64,000 nt of DNA from Hydrolagus colliei (Eukaryota): NCBI GenBank assembly GCA_035084275.1, contig CM068760.1:7688001-7752000 (forward strand), given 5' to 3'. The notes below the pieces were generated by a model. The model was not told where the DNA came from, ran no database searches, and worked only from the letters and a program-made list of their open reading frames with translations. Position numbers and translations under genes: made by a program. Of the stretch, positions 25,921 through 38,294 are shown piece after piece; the first letter of the stretch is position 1, and each line of letters begins with the position of its first letter.

Positions 25921-28900
25921 TAAAATGAGGCAGGTCTGAATGGGGTAGAGTGGCTAAAGAAGGGATTTGAATGAGCGCTTTAGGATTCATTGTATCTTCC
26001 CAAATGGCCTGGATTTTCCCATTAAGTGCAAGGTGATTAATTACACTTGCAAATGATACCAAATTAGGAAAAGAGGGCAGGAGGAGTGGTGGTAGTGGGG
26101 GGGTGGGGGCGGTGAAATACTCATGAAATCAGAGGTGGCAGCCAGGATTTTACAGAAAGATTCAATCACTGCACGCAATCTTCATTGATAAATTGAAGTT
26201 GATTCGTGATTAATGCAAATACCGCACATGGAAAAGAAAAATAAGAGGTATATGTTCTTGCTAAGATTTTAAAGAACTACAGAAGCTTTCAAAACGTGTG
26301 CTTAACATTCATGCACACATACACAGTCATCCCACTTCACAGTAAATCCTGTGAAGCACTTTGCCACGTCCTCACAAAGTAAAGAGAGTTGTACCAAATG
26401 CAAGGATTATTATTTATATTGATAATATTATTGTGTATATTATTATTTATAAGACAATGGTTTTAAGGTTAAGACCATGGGAAACATTAGGCCTCAGAAC
26501 TATTAAGTTAAAAGCATCTGGTAACAATAGAATCAAGTGTGGCTTCAGTAACAGCCTCTCATCACCAAGTTACTCACACAAAATATACAGTCAATTCACG
26601 TTACAGAATATGCTGTGAAGAGCTTTGAGACGTCTCGAAAATGTGATAAGACCCTATCACATATATCAAATGCAAGCATTATTATTATGGGAAGAATGGG
26701 GGGGAAATAGAGGTCTGAGTTGGTGGAATTAAACTCCAGCAAAAGTCAGCACCTTTGGTACAAGGAGAACAAAGAGAGAACAAAGGGAAGCTAGGTTTCT
26801 TTTTGAATCCTGTCAATCTTACAATAACTCCCCAAAACAATACTTTTGAATAAAGCTCAGATAGCATTTAATATTCCTCACAACAAAGATGCTTTTGACA
26901 CACAGAGAGAGAGAGAAAGAGAAAGTACATCAACGACTGCACGGAAATTTGAATACATCTTTTTTTAAAAAACATTTAAAAAAAACTCCTCTCACAAATA
27001 GATTGATAATAGAACTCTGCAGAGAACAACTGTTACACATTATTCTTGAATGTCATGCCAATTTCATGAAAAAAAATTCCTTTTCCAAGCTTTCATCTCT
27101 TAAAACTTCCCCCAGAGAGATGAAACGGTGTGCTTGCAGACTAAACCATCCAATATTCTTGTGGATGGAAGAAAATCTGTAAACTTCATGCAGTAAACTT
27201 AATTGCATTGTTGCTGATTAAACAACAAAAATTACACTCCTTTAAATAATTTCCACCTGCTTTTAACAATTATACAAAATGATTTAGTGCTACAATTTTG
27301 AACAGGTTTAAAAAAAAATCAATGCTGATTCAATGGATAAGGACGACACAAAACACTAGATTATTCTTAACGTAATTTAAGATGTGTGCACTCGAACACA
27401 GTGAATGCCTAGTTTGACAACCTCTTCAGAATTTGATAGCATCACTGTAAGTTTTAATACACTGAACTTTAGTCACAGCCACATAAACTGCAGCATTTTA
27501 TTTGGTAAATGTGAACAACTTGCGAAATGTTCCGGGCATCTGTCAAATTACATCACAAGATGTCCTGCGTGTGTTCATTTTACTACCAAATCATCACCCG
27601 GTGCAAGCATTTTGAATTAAAATCACAAACTAAAAGGCTAAAAACCAATTGCAACAAATTATGCATCAGAAAAGAGCAATTAAACATTAATGTGCGGAAT
27701 CCAAATTCACAGTGAGCTTTAAGTTGCTCTTTGATTGTACTCGGGGAACTGCACGAAGCTGTCCTGTTAAACAGGAGACAGTTAAAAGCAAGTCAGCAAT
27801 ATGTCTATTAAAATAATCTCACACCAGGCCCAGAGGCAGCAACTTCTGCCTTCTTCCTTGATGCACTTTCATTATTTAAATCTTTAATATTACACAATAT
27901 TGTAAAGATAATGCAGAGAAAAAGGGCTTACTTCACATTGTAAGGGCAGCTGGGATTTGGGAGAACCCTTGTCAGAGAGGAAGCTGTTGCAGTGTTAGCT
28001 GGTTAGAATCCAGCAGTTACCCCCCAAGCCCTAAAGATAATAATAATATTATTATTCCGATTTTTAAAAAATTTATGTAGTCACTCCATCTGTGACTGTT
28101 TATGGGATCCTGCTGTGCCCAATTGGCTGCCATATTTCGCCCCACAAAATAGCACACAAGGTGAAGTTCTTTAAGGCGTCTCAACGACATGATAAGGTGG
28201 CTCTATCAAACACAAGGATTATTATTATTCTAACACAATTCATGCGTGTTGGCAGTTCAGCGCGTGTATAATAAGCCTTTACCGTTCGTCTATCAAATCA
28301 GTTACTCCACTTTACCGTACATCCTGAAGCCTTTTGAGACATCCTCCAGTGTGCAAGCCAGCAAATCAAATGGCAAGGATTGCCATTGATGTTATATTTA
28401 AGCTCTCCGTAGAATTCATTTGCCTAGATGTGTCGAGAGTAATCGTGGAATACAAAAATCAGAAGTGTGTCAACGATATTCGCAAGGTTCGATGCCATTG
28501 ATTTACTCTTGTAAATAAAAACAGCGACTTTAAATAAACTGATCCGGTCGAGTAAAATTCTTACCCACTTCCCTAGGTAGGGGCGAAAAAAATATATTTT
28601 AATTTTAAATTGTGACAATCAATTGCTTAAAAAGTAACAACGGAGTGAGTTTGCCTTCCAATATTCATCTAGACCAGAATTGACGATTGATAATTCAATA
28701 TACAATTCACAATGGTTGACCCGAGTTATTCCCAATTCCGATTTTAATTCGGAATGAATCCAAAATGCTCTTTCTTCGTGCACGTGACTGGGCTACCAAC
28801 AACAACTTTGATTTATATAGACGCCGGATCAGAGCGCCTACCACCAACTAGCTCACCAACAGAGTGGCATCCACAGCTGCCTGTAGGGACTATAAACCTT

Positions 28901-29149
28901 GTGCAAATAGAAATCTAACGGGAGAAATTTTAAATCTTTCCCATCCCCGTAACAACCGTAACAAGGACAAATGATGGTAGCTCTCACAGATATAGTAAAC
29001 CGGGCTCAATAAGTGACGGCTGATTCCTCGCCTGAATTTTGTCACACGAACAGGAAAAAATGCCCGGGCAGTGGTTGGCTGATCAGTGGGAGATTTCCGC
29101 AGGCAAGAGAAACAATCTATAGCACTGTGCAGACATTGTCTAGAGCATT

Positions 29150-32100
29150 GTTGGAATGCTGGGGTGCAACTGTGTCAGATGTACCAATCATAGCCGCATA
29201 AAGGACATCTGAGAGTAGATTGGGGCCTAGGGTAAAGCCACCCCCATCTATTCACACGCATTGAATTGGACCACAGGATCAAGAGATTGGTACTTTTTTC
29301 AGCCAACATCACAAGCTACGATATCACGCATCACCACTTGGTTAATGGCATAGTTCTTGTGAAATGCTGTTGTGAAGGTGAATGACAGGATGAGCTTTCC
29401 TTATAGATCTTGCACACCAGCTTCCACACCCCCCCCCCCCAACCCCCCCACACTTATTCCCAGCCAAGATCTGATAGGATCCAAGGTACGTGTAACTGAA
29501 GGGAGATTACAACCCTTATAATAGAAGCAGCGAGTGGGCAAGATCGCAGTCAATCTTACTTGACAGAGTTATTAACTTGGCATACTCAGCACTGATAACA
29601 CACCATTTGTTTGCCCACTGTCCAATTCCGTTTATATCTGCCTGGAGTGATGTGTCACTGTTTGTCTTGCAGTTGGGGGATTTAACCGCTGTGCGGAGGA
29701 TATCATCATCAGCAGAGAATCCATCACTCCTGATGACCTTCATCAGGTCGTTGATGAAGATGACAAACAGAGTTGGGGGTGGTGTGGGGGGGAGGGGGGG
29801 GTGCGATCCAAACATGTTGCCACATCGGATCCCGCCGCACATTATGGAATACCACAACACACCGGGTCATTTATCCCGTTAAACAGTCGCATTCAACGAG
29901 GACATCACATCAGTGGTTCAGCAGCTCATGAGATGTATTCGAAGACAACAGGCTCTCAATGGACTTTCGCTCCACTAGGTTTAAGACGCATGGCCATGCT
30001 GACAGATAGGCCTTCCGCTTTAAGTTATTGACTGGCCATTTTAGAGAATCTCTGGATCATGAAAATGGAGTCATCGATTGGTGAAGCTACATTGGTGACG
30101 AGGAGGCAATAGGTAGCCCAAAAATTCACATCTGTTTCGGATCCAATCGCGAAATTTAAAAACAAATTACCTTCGTAAAATTTTGATAAGTTTTAATTTG
30201 AAACACGGTTTTCTTAGCAGAAACCTCTATGAGGGAATTCAAGCCTTTGGTTCTTGAGAATTCATAAGAACTAGACTACAGCCTCTAGTCACTATGGTTT
30301 ACCCCATAAATAATTATCAGGCCAATTGCTGATAATTTCTCTGCATCCTTTTCACAAGATAGGCAGTGAGTTCTTAACTCAATGTTGAAAACAGATTTTG
30401 CCATCTTCCAACAGGCTTTGGCGTACATGTGTGCAAGACCATCTCTCAAGACTTGTATTCAGAGGTGTGGGGAGAGAGAGCGGGAAATTGGGATTAGGAT
30501 TGGCGGTTTCTTGGAAGGCATAACACCGACAAATAATAAACAAAAGGGCCAAATGGCTTTGTGCGTACATAAATTTCTACGGTACAATTCATAACCAGGC
30601 ATTTCTCGTAATAAGACCAGAGTCCTGCATGTTCCAACACCAACACAATCATTCTGGCAATCTGACATCAGTTAATTTGCCAGTTTGGCCCGGCGCCTTG
30701 TTCACCTATGTTTTACCGCTGTCTCGCAAGTGACATGGTGAGTGTCAAGTCAAAACAACCCTTGCGCTCCCTTAAGTTTTCTCTCGGCAAAAAGTCCAGC
30801 CCTGCAATTGAATTTTTTAATATATATATATATATATATATAAACCTCCCATGTGGTGAGGTACTCCGAAATTTATGCATTTATGTGTATTGAGCTTCAA
30901 TGTACCAGTCGTGATGGCAGCCCAGAATGCATGCTCCCTATCAAGCTCCCTGACGCAAGCCCCCTGACCCCTGCCTCTTCCCGTTCCACACTCGGCTCTT
31001 CCCACACCCGGGAATCAAGAGAGATGTGAAACGACCGTGGGATTTGTGTGCGAGGCACAAAAAACAATGATCGGTGCGGTCAAAAGAATCCGAATTTAGT
31101 GCTCGCTTTAGATTCGCAGGCTGTGAATACAGTCCGGGGATTGATTTCAAGCAGTGCTCTGTTCGGAATTTAAATACGCACAGGTTTTTTTTTGCCTGTA
31201 ATCATTTGCAAAGGAACATTACACATGATTAAAACTGTTGTGAAAGTAATATAATTAAGATGGAGCAGCTTTTCATCCTTTTGACAGCATGATAAATTAA
31301 AAGACTGCGCGTCCCTATAGCAGCACACTCAAAATTCTGAAATTATAACTGGGTTATGTGTTTAATAAGGACACACATATGGAGCCAGATTTTCTGAGGT
31401 ATGAAGGATTGTGCTGCACTTGCTAAATAGCCTTAAGGAGCAATCCATGACTTTCAGTGGTCGATATAATCCACTATCAATATTGATTAATCAGTGGTGT
31501 GTTCGCTAAACATTCGCTAAATATAAATATTGATAACATATTTTCTTAAAAGTCGTATGCTTGCAGCAAAATTCCTTCGCAAATTGCTCAATTAGGTTAC
31601 CGACAGGGCAAGGCTGAGGCGTTTCTGCTGAATATTGATCATCGTCAAGCCTGACTCGAGTTTCAGGCTTGATCAGAAACCCTTTCATCGTTCTTAAGGC
31701 AGAACTTTTCCTTCTCAAATCGAGGGCAAGATGGAAAAATATCGCTTTCTTTAGTCTCAACCTTGGGTGGATATACCTTTTAACACAAAGGAGCGGGGAG
31801 GTTAAAGCGCTCTAAATATGCTACCACACATAAAAGGGGACAAAATCATTGCAAGTGTTTGGTTAGAGGAACTGCATATATGGGGGATAAACACTTATGA
31901 GGCAGCCAACTGTGCCCAACAGGGAGAGTGGGGGTTGTTTCTACTTGGTCTGTTTTTCACACCTCTCCTCCTCATCTCTCCCAGCTCTGTCTCATCTCAC
32001 TCCCTTGCCAGCCATTCGGTGGTGGGGGGGGGGGGTGTGGGGGGTGATCCTGGGATTGGTCTCTCCCAGGATCACTCACTCAAACCCGGTACTTGGACTG

Positions 32101-34380
32101 GTGTCTCACTGGTCCAACAATAATAATTATTCTTATGATTGTAATATATTGGTTGGGTTTCATTTGCGATTAGTTGCCAGATATCTTGAATGATTGAACT
32201 CATGAGGGCACTGAATCTCGGAGTGAAAGGAGTGATCTACATCTGACCTGCAGAGCACCCAGATATGCCACCAGGAAGGAGAGTGGCACAGGGTGAACTG
32301 CCAACTCAGTCAGGGGTGCAGCTCTCTCAGAGTTTTCTCACATCCATAGTTTACAGCATCTACTCAGAGAACCAAGACCCCTTTGTATTAATGGTCATTT
32401 CATGATCCTGTTAAAAGAGCTTTCGCCACAACTCCAAATGAACTGCCTAAGTATACAAGGCTGTACAGTTCAGTTTTGTGTGTAGCATCACTGTAGAATT
32501 TGGTAAATCCACTAAACACGAGAATGATAGAAATGCTGAAACAATTGAAACAAATGAAAACATGTCCCTCATCATTCATTAGAGCAAGTCTCTTAACTTG
32601 CCCGCTGCTTCTTTGTGTTTTTTTTAAATAAAGCGTGTGTGTTGACAAACCACAAATTGAGATTTTATATCAGACTTCTGGCATCATGGCCTGGGTTGTG
32701 TATTTTTTTTGTTTTTAAAAAATGCAGATATTGTACATAATCCCATGTGTTTTTTTTCTTTCAAAGATCCACGCACATCATTTGCAATGTTTTTCCATTG
32801 TTACATAAGTATCAGCCTGCGTTTTCTCATCTAATCCTCCAAGAGTGTCTGGTGAAATCAAACCACTATAACAATCTCTTTCAAGAGGACAAATAAACAC
32901 TACCACCATTTCATCTACATCACAGCTGGATTGATTGAACACAGGAGCGAGTGATGGGTTGATATACAATAGCACTGTTCCATTCCTCGGATCCTCGCAA
33001 GTTAATAAATATAACATCAGTTTAGCAAAATCTCCATAAGAGTTATGCACCACACTCAGTTCCACCCTCGGTCGCCGCGCTTTCAGCCACTCCCCTAAAC
33101 TCTGGAACACATTCTTCCTCTATCCCTCCTACTTACCCATATTCAGATCGCGCCTGAAGACCTTGCTATGCCCACTGTCACCTCACCAATACTCCCCCCC
33201 CCCACCCCCCCAGCTCAACGTCACGCTCTGGTATTGTGAAGCGCTATGGGACTGCTCCCTGTGTGAGGGGCGCTATGGAAATGCAAGTTATTACAATAGG
33301 TAATAGGTAATAGTTTCGCCTCTTCCCTTTCCTCTTTCAAGGCCGATTTGAAAACTTTCCTCTTCGATCGTGCCTTTTGTTCCACCCCAAACTCTTTTAC
33401 CTCCCCTTCGTGTTTCACCCCTTCCCAAACACTCCCCTCCCAGCTCGGGTCACACGCCTCTTGTTTAGCGCCTTGGGACGTCCTCCTGACGTGAAAGGCG
33501 CTATATAAATGTAAATTGTTGTTGTTGTTGTTGTTGAGCACATATTACTAGCGTCTGATTTCCTCGTCTTGCCTCAACACATCTGGGCTAGTAGGGGTTA
33601 CCTGCCACCTGCCATTGCCTCCAGGTGAGGTGATCTGAGCCAAGTTAATACAGTCCCAAGATTTGAATCTGGAATCTTGCCAGTTCTTTCAGCTCAGTAC
33701 TGTATATTTGTTGTCCACCGAGCCAGGCACCATTGCAAGTCAATGTCACCTAAGTTCTCCGTCCTCTGCTGTTGGTGCCTTCAATCATGTTTGCAGCCTA
33801 GTTTTAAAACCATAGCACAACAACTGCACCAAACAATTTGCTCTAAATGCCTAAAATGGGCTTTCCTCATTAACATATATTTTTTTAAAAACAAAAAACT
33901 ATTTGAATTTTGGATGACCTGAATCCAAATAATTTCAAAGATAAAATGTTATCCACTACAGAGGTTTGTCAGAACATAAATTGAGTTGACATCACTGTAA
34001 GTCAGGCTTCACATCATGTTTTGACTGCCGTGTCCTGTTCTCTCTTTCTCTCTCTCTCTCTCTCGTGGCCACTAAATCCTCAATCTCTTCAAACCCACAA
34101 ACGGTTAAGCAGGCAAGGTCGGTTTGTGAGAAACTACTAATCTCAACACAAATCAGAATGCCATCCCTGCACCTGGCTGCAGTGAAGCGAACAGTCACTT
34201 GAGATCCCTGGCACAGCAAGACAAAGAAGGATATCAAGGAGCCCGAATGATAAAGTGGAGGGCATGAAAAGTTTTCCAATCATTCCAACATCGTGTCTGT
34301 AACCGAGAAGGACATCTGGCTTCATGGTGCAATTTACACATCCCTTGACTTCATCCGTCTCCTGAAAAAACGCTCCCATA
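29150..34380 (-). mobile_element. Near full-length ancient CR1-group LINE (ORF1 + APE + RT)
   Basis: ORF1: VRFTAARCRDGIL..EDLVATRERE (34200-34050). APE: GTNSRG, EDPRNGTVLLYI, RLALMN. Then IEQFAKEF, LINIDS..RLFSKC..QKDEK..NYITF, VVFEYIS*A, GGIRCGNMFG, PTLFVIFINDL..FSADD..LQADINGIGQWANKW (29780-29610), LDPVVQFNACE. Confidence 0.8.
33060..33537 (+). mobile_element. Two tandem L2 3' fragments inserted in the ancient LINE
   Basis: GGTCGCCGCGCTTTCAGCC...CTCTGGAAC (GxRAFS..LWN) and tails ending GGCGCTATATAAATGTAAA(TTG)n. Confidence 0.85.
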
Positions 34381-35009
34381 TTGGCAAAATTCTATTATTG
34401 CACATTAGGCACACTGAGTGTCTGTTTATAACAGACATACTCATTTCCCTTTCATAAGTAGTTTTCAGTCCAACACCAAACGCTTAGTATTCATTTTATT
34501 GCCTCTCTCCTGTAAATTAATGGAATGTTTGTGTTGAATGCTTTGTTTACTAAGGGATCAGCAAGGCAGACAGACTTCATCTATAGAGCTAGAAAAAGGT
34601 TTGTTTAATATATTGCCAATATTGTACGTTGTTTTCTGATTAAATGTAATTGTCTCATAACTATTTTGCAGAAAAAGGCAATCCACGATTATTTAATACT
34701 AAAACATAAGGTCAGAGGACCATTGCCACATAAAACAAAGAGCGAATTTTCTCCAAATGCACATCTGTCCGAAACACTAAATATTTCAAAGAACCTTTGC
34801 TCAACGCTCCTAAATTGTCCCGGCCCCATTTAAGGTTTTCCCAGAAGTGTATACACTTATGCCTGGTGTTTATCAATCAAGTCAGCCATTGGATGGCAGG
34901 CAGGATGAAAAACAACAGAACATGAAGACATACAAATTTATGCCTGCGAAAATCAATTTTGAGTGGCAGACACCAGGATATATTTTTATCCACCACCCAC
35001 CCCCCACCC

Positions 35010-35190
35010 CAAGATGGTGAATAATGACTGGAACGCATTACCAGGAAGGGTGGTGGCGCCCATCACACTGGGCTTGTTTAAGAAACAGCTGGATGCTGTG
35101 ACGGGGCTGATGGGAAGGTGAGTATTGGTGAAGGATGGGATTAAACAGGCCAAACAGCCTTGGTGTCATCCAAATTGATATTGTATTGAT
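35010..35190 (+). mobile_element. CR1 3' fragment
   Basis: TGGAACGCATTACCAGGAAGGGTGGTGG..TTTAAGAAACAGCTGGAT (WNALP..FKKQLD). A similar fragment lies at ~45080-45320. Confidence 0.85.
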
Positions 35191-36977
35191 ACAGCCCTGA
35201 TGGGGAAATTATACCAACCCCACAAATCTGCTTCTGCCCATTGTCCCTGACAGCTCCAATGCATCTTGGCACTGCACTGACAATGGCTAAATTTGCTTTT
35301 TTTTTTCATGAACGACAGCATATTTTAAGCCTTTTGTGACATTAAATCCGTACGGTTGCGCCATGCAATTTCACTTGCAGGACTTGTATCTTCCTTGATA
35401 AAATAAAATACTAGGATTACTGTATCCCATCTTTGGGTCTGCCATTAGCATCTTTGCCTCCATTGCTGTGACATTTCATCTCCTGGTCTGTACATTGCTG
35501 AATCTCCTTCCATTTACTGCCGCTCTAGGTATGCATTGATGTTTGCTGCCTCTGTTCCTACAACACCCTAATCTCATAGTCTACCGTGGCCTTCGTTACC
35601 ACAGTAACTCATCTCCGGTTCTTAACAGTCAGATTGGTGGTAAACACAATTAATTAGGAATGTGCCCAAGGCAAATCCAGCTAGTCCAAAAAGCCACGAA
35701 TACAAAAGATGCATCATGTCCAACAGCTCGGCTGTTCCCTCGCATGACAGCAAACAACCCACAAATACTAGGAACCCTCTGCGTAAAATAACAGCTTCAG
35801 TGCTGAGAAATGACATCAGACTAATCCCACACGAAAATAAATCCATGTAATGGAAAGTGATGACAGGGGCTGACATCTGAAATTTGGATGATTTAGAGAA
35901 TCCTGAACATTCAAGAAAATTGCAGGTGATGTGCAACAAGTTTTGGATTTTCTTTTTACATCTACACGGCTTTTTTTTTTTGGTGGGAGTGGGGAGTGGG
36001 GGCAGATGCCTGACACTCACGCAGGAGGCCAGGGCCATGCTTAACAATATCCCGATTAGGACTGAATTCCACATATTCCTGCCAAAATTCCTCATCTGGA
36101 ATGGTGTGCGCGCTGCCTTCCCAGAGGGACGTCAGCTTTTCTTTATATATAACCTCGTCCTGGAACATTTATGCACAGGTTGGCGAAAGCCACGGCTTGT
36201 GGACCCCAGAGGTGTATTACGGATACTGTTGGGAGTTTAACCAGCTAACGCTACATGCAATAGTCTCCCATTGTGTGTACTGTCTGACAAACCTTCCATT
36301 GTTTATCCAGTTAGGAACCATCCTATCCTTGAAGGCACAAATCAAGACCTGTCTCTTTGACCATGCCTTCAGCCAACCTCTTACCTCTCTGCCCTCTACC
36401 CACCCCCACTTATCTCCCAGCCTCCTTGATCCCAAACCCCACCATCACTCGAGTCCTAATCCATGGCTGTTCAGCGCCCGGGGACGTCCTCCCGACGTCC
36501 TCCCAACACAAAAAAAAACACTTAACAAATGTAAATTTGCATTGTATTGTTACTTTAGTTTGCTGGATTAACAGAAGCGGGAGTGAGAAGAAACCATGCC
36601 TCCAGTATTTTCTATTCTGGGAAAACATAATGCCAGACAAGCTTTGACAAAAATAATACCTGCATTACTGACTGACATTTTTAAAGGAAATATATTGGCC
36701 AGATTCAGTGCATGTCCAATCTGCACCACAGAATCAGCCACCGCAGAAAGGAGATAACTGGACTCATTGTGTCTATAATACATTGCCAGCATTCAACTGG
36801 AACCATCTCCTATACCACTTTCCTCAAAAGGTTTTACATCTTTATTCTGCACTTTAGACTTCATCTAATTCTCTTTTAAATGGTGTAATTGATTCGGATT
36901 CAATAGCCACTTGTAGCAATACATGATGTGTCCAAATCACCCTTTGTGTGAATAAAAAAACTCAAACTTCGAGAATA

Positions 36978-37240
36978 CAACAACAAAATGACATTTATAG
37001 AGTGCCTTTCACGTCAAGAGGACATCCCGAGGAACGCTGAACAGTCAAGTTTGGACCTGAGCAAGGGGGAGGTGCAGGGTAGAGGGGAGGGAGAATTTTG
37101 GGAGGAGAGAGAGAGAGAGTAGGGAGAACGGCAGAAGGCACGATTGAAGAGGAAGGTGTTGAGACCGGGCTTGAAGGAGGTGAAGGGAGGAAACGAGGCA
37201 AAGGGACTGTGGGATGCAGTTCCAGAGTGTGGAGGGCAGA
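36978..37240 (-). mobile_element. L2 3' fragment
   Basis: (CAA)n start, CCTTTCACGTC..GGACATCCC tail, GTTCCAGAG (LWN) on the minus strand. Confidence 0.8.
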
Positions 37241-38263
37241 GAGTGTGGGGGCAATAACTTTAGATGCTCATTTAGCAGTTAGCAGAAGTAATCTACATGC
37301 CCACCAAGCACAGATCCATTGGAAGCACCTAACAATGCCTGTGTTGGACACTGCCGTGTGCAAAAATTCTCTGCCGTATTCACTTAGAGAATACACATAC
37401 ATTATAATTCTCAGTAAAATCCTTTTCAGCACTTTGACACGTCTTGTCAACATAATATACTTTGTAGATGATCTAACGGGTGGTGGGGGGATTTGTTGGC
37501 TGTTAACCATTAACATTCCAGAGGTATGCACATCATGTAGCACTCCGAACAAAAGGAAATATGATAATACAATAGTTATGAGTGTTTCGCGCAGATATAT
37601 AGTCAATTCATTTTACAATATATTCTGTGAAATGCTTTGAGACACAGTCTAGAAGACGTGAAAAGCGCTATAGGAAATGCAAGGATTATTATTATTTATC
37701 GTTGTGTTTGATATAGAGTTTAATTACATCTTCGAGACGTCTCAACGAGCTTTGCAGGATATACAGGACTATAAAGTGAACTGACTCCATAGTTCACGGG
37801 GCGACACATGGCACATTGATGCTTCAGAAGGGAAGAGGAAGATGTGAGTTCAGAACTTTACCGAAGGTGAATTTCACACCAATGGCCATTCCATGACGCA
37901 CGCTCGCACTTCTCCAATGCTGGACGAAGCCATTCCTCGTTGCGTTGACCAGCAAAGGCTAGATTGACTGCCCTCCCATTGGATCCACAATCATAAAGAA
38001 AACTACTTCATAGCTTGTTTAACCTGAGCTTTAGGATACAAAAAAAAAGATTTGCAAACTGATACACAGTAAAGAGCTTGTAAATTAATCCTCACCAAAA
38101 CAAAATTGTTCAAAACTTCAACAGTTACACAATAGCCTTGGGTCTCACACGTTGGTGACTTCATGTGGATTTTTCCTTGCGCTTACGTTAAGTACCATGC
38201 ATTTAAAATGCCACAGATAACATTGGTCATACATTTCATTGCTGTATGATGTGCGTGTGGTGT

Positions 38264-38294
<31 letters not shown>

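Larger units (their letters stand above)
23490..28640 (+). mobile_element. Near full-length ancient Crack-like LINE (ORF1 + ORF2)
   Basis: ORF1: EIVRIFLPLPS..MLVHL, LNILDSL..NKILF..IV*TK..PVIRI/EDL (24067-24240). ORF2: HYY, LLNLNIHS..LVCLEQTW (24587-24704), IFVEW..TFRPT, EQLLHII, MKRCACRLNHP, FDSITVSFNTLN, SNYITR, PGASIL (~27600), YCKDNAEKKGLLHIVR, LMLYLSS..SWNT. Confidence 0.75.
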
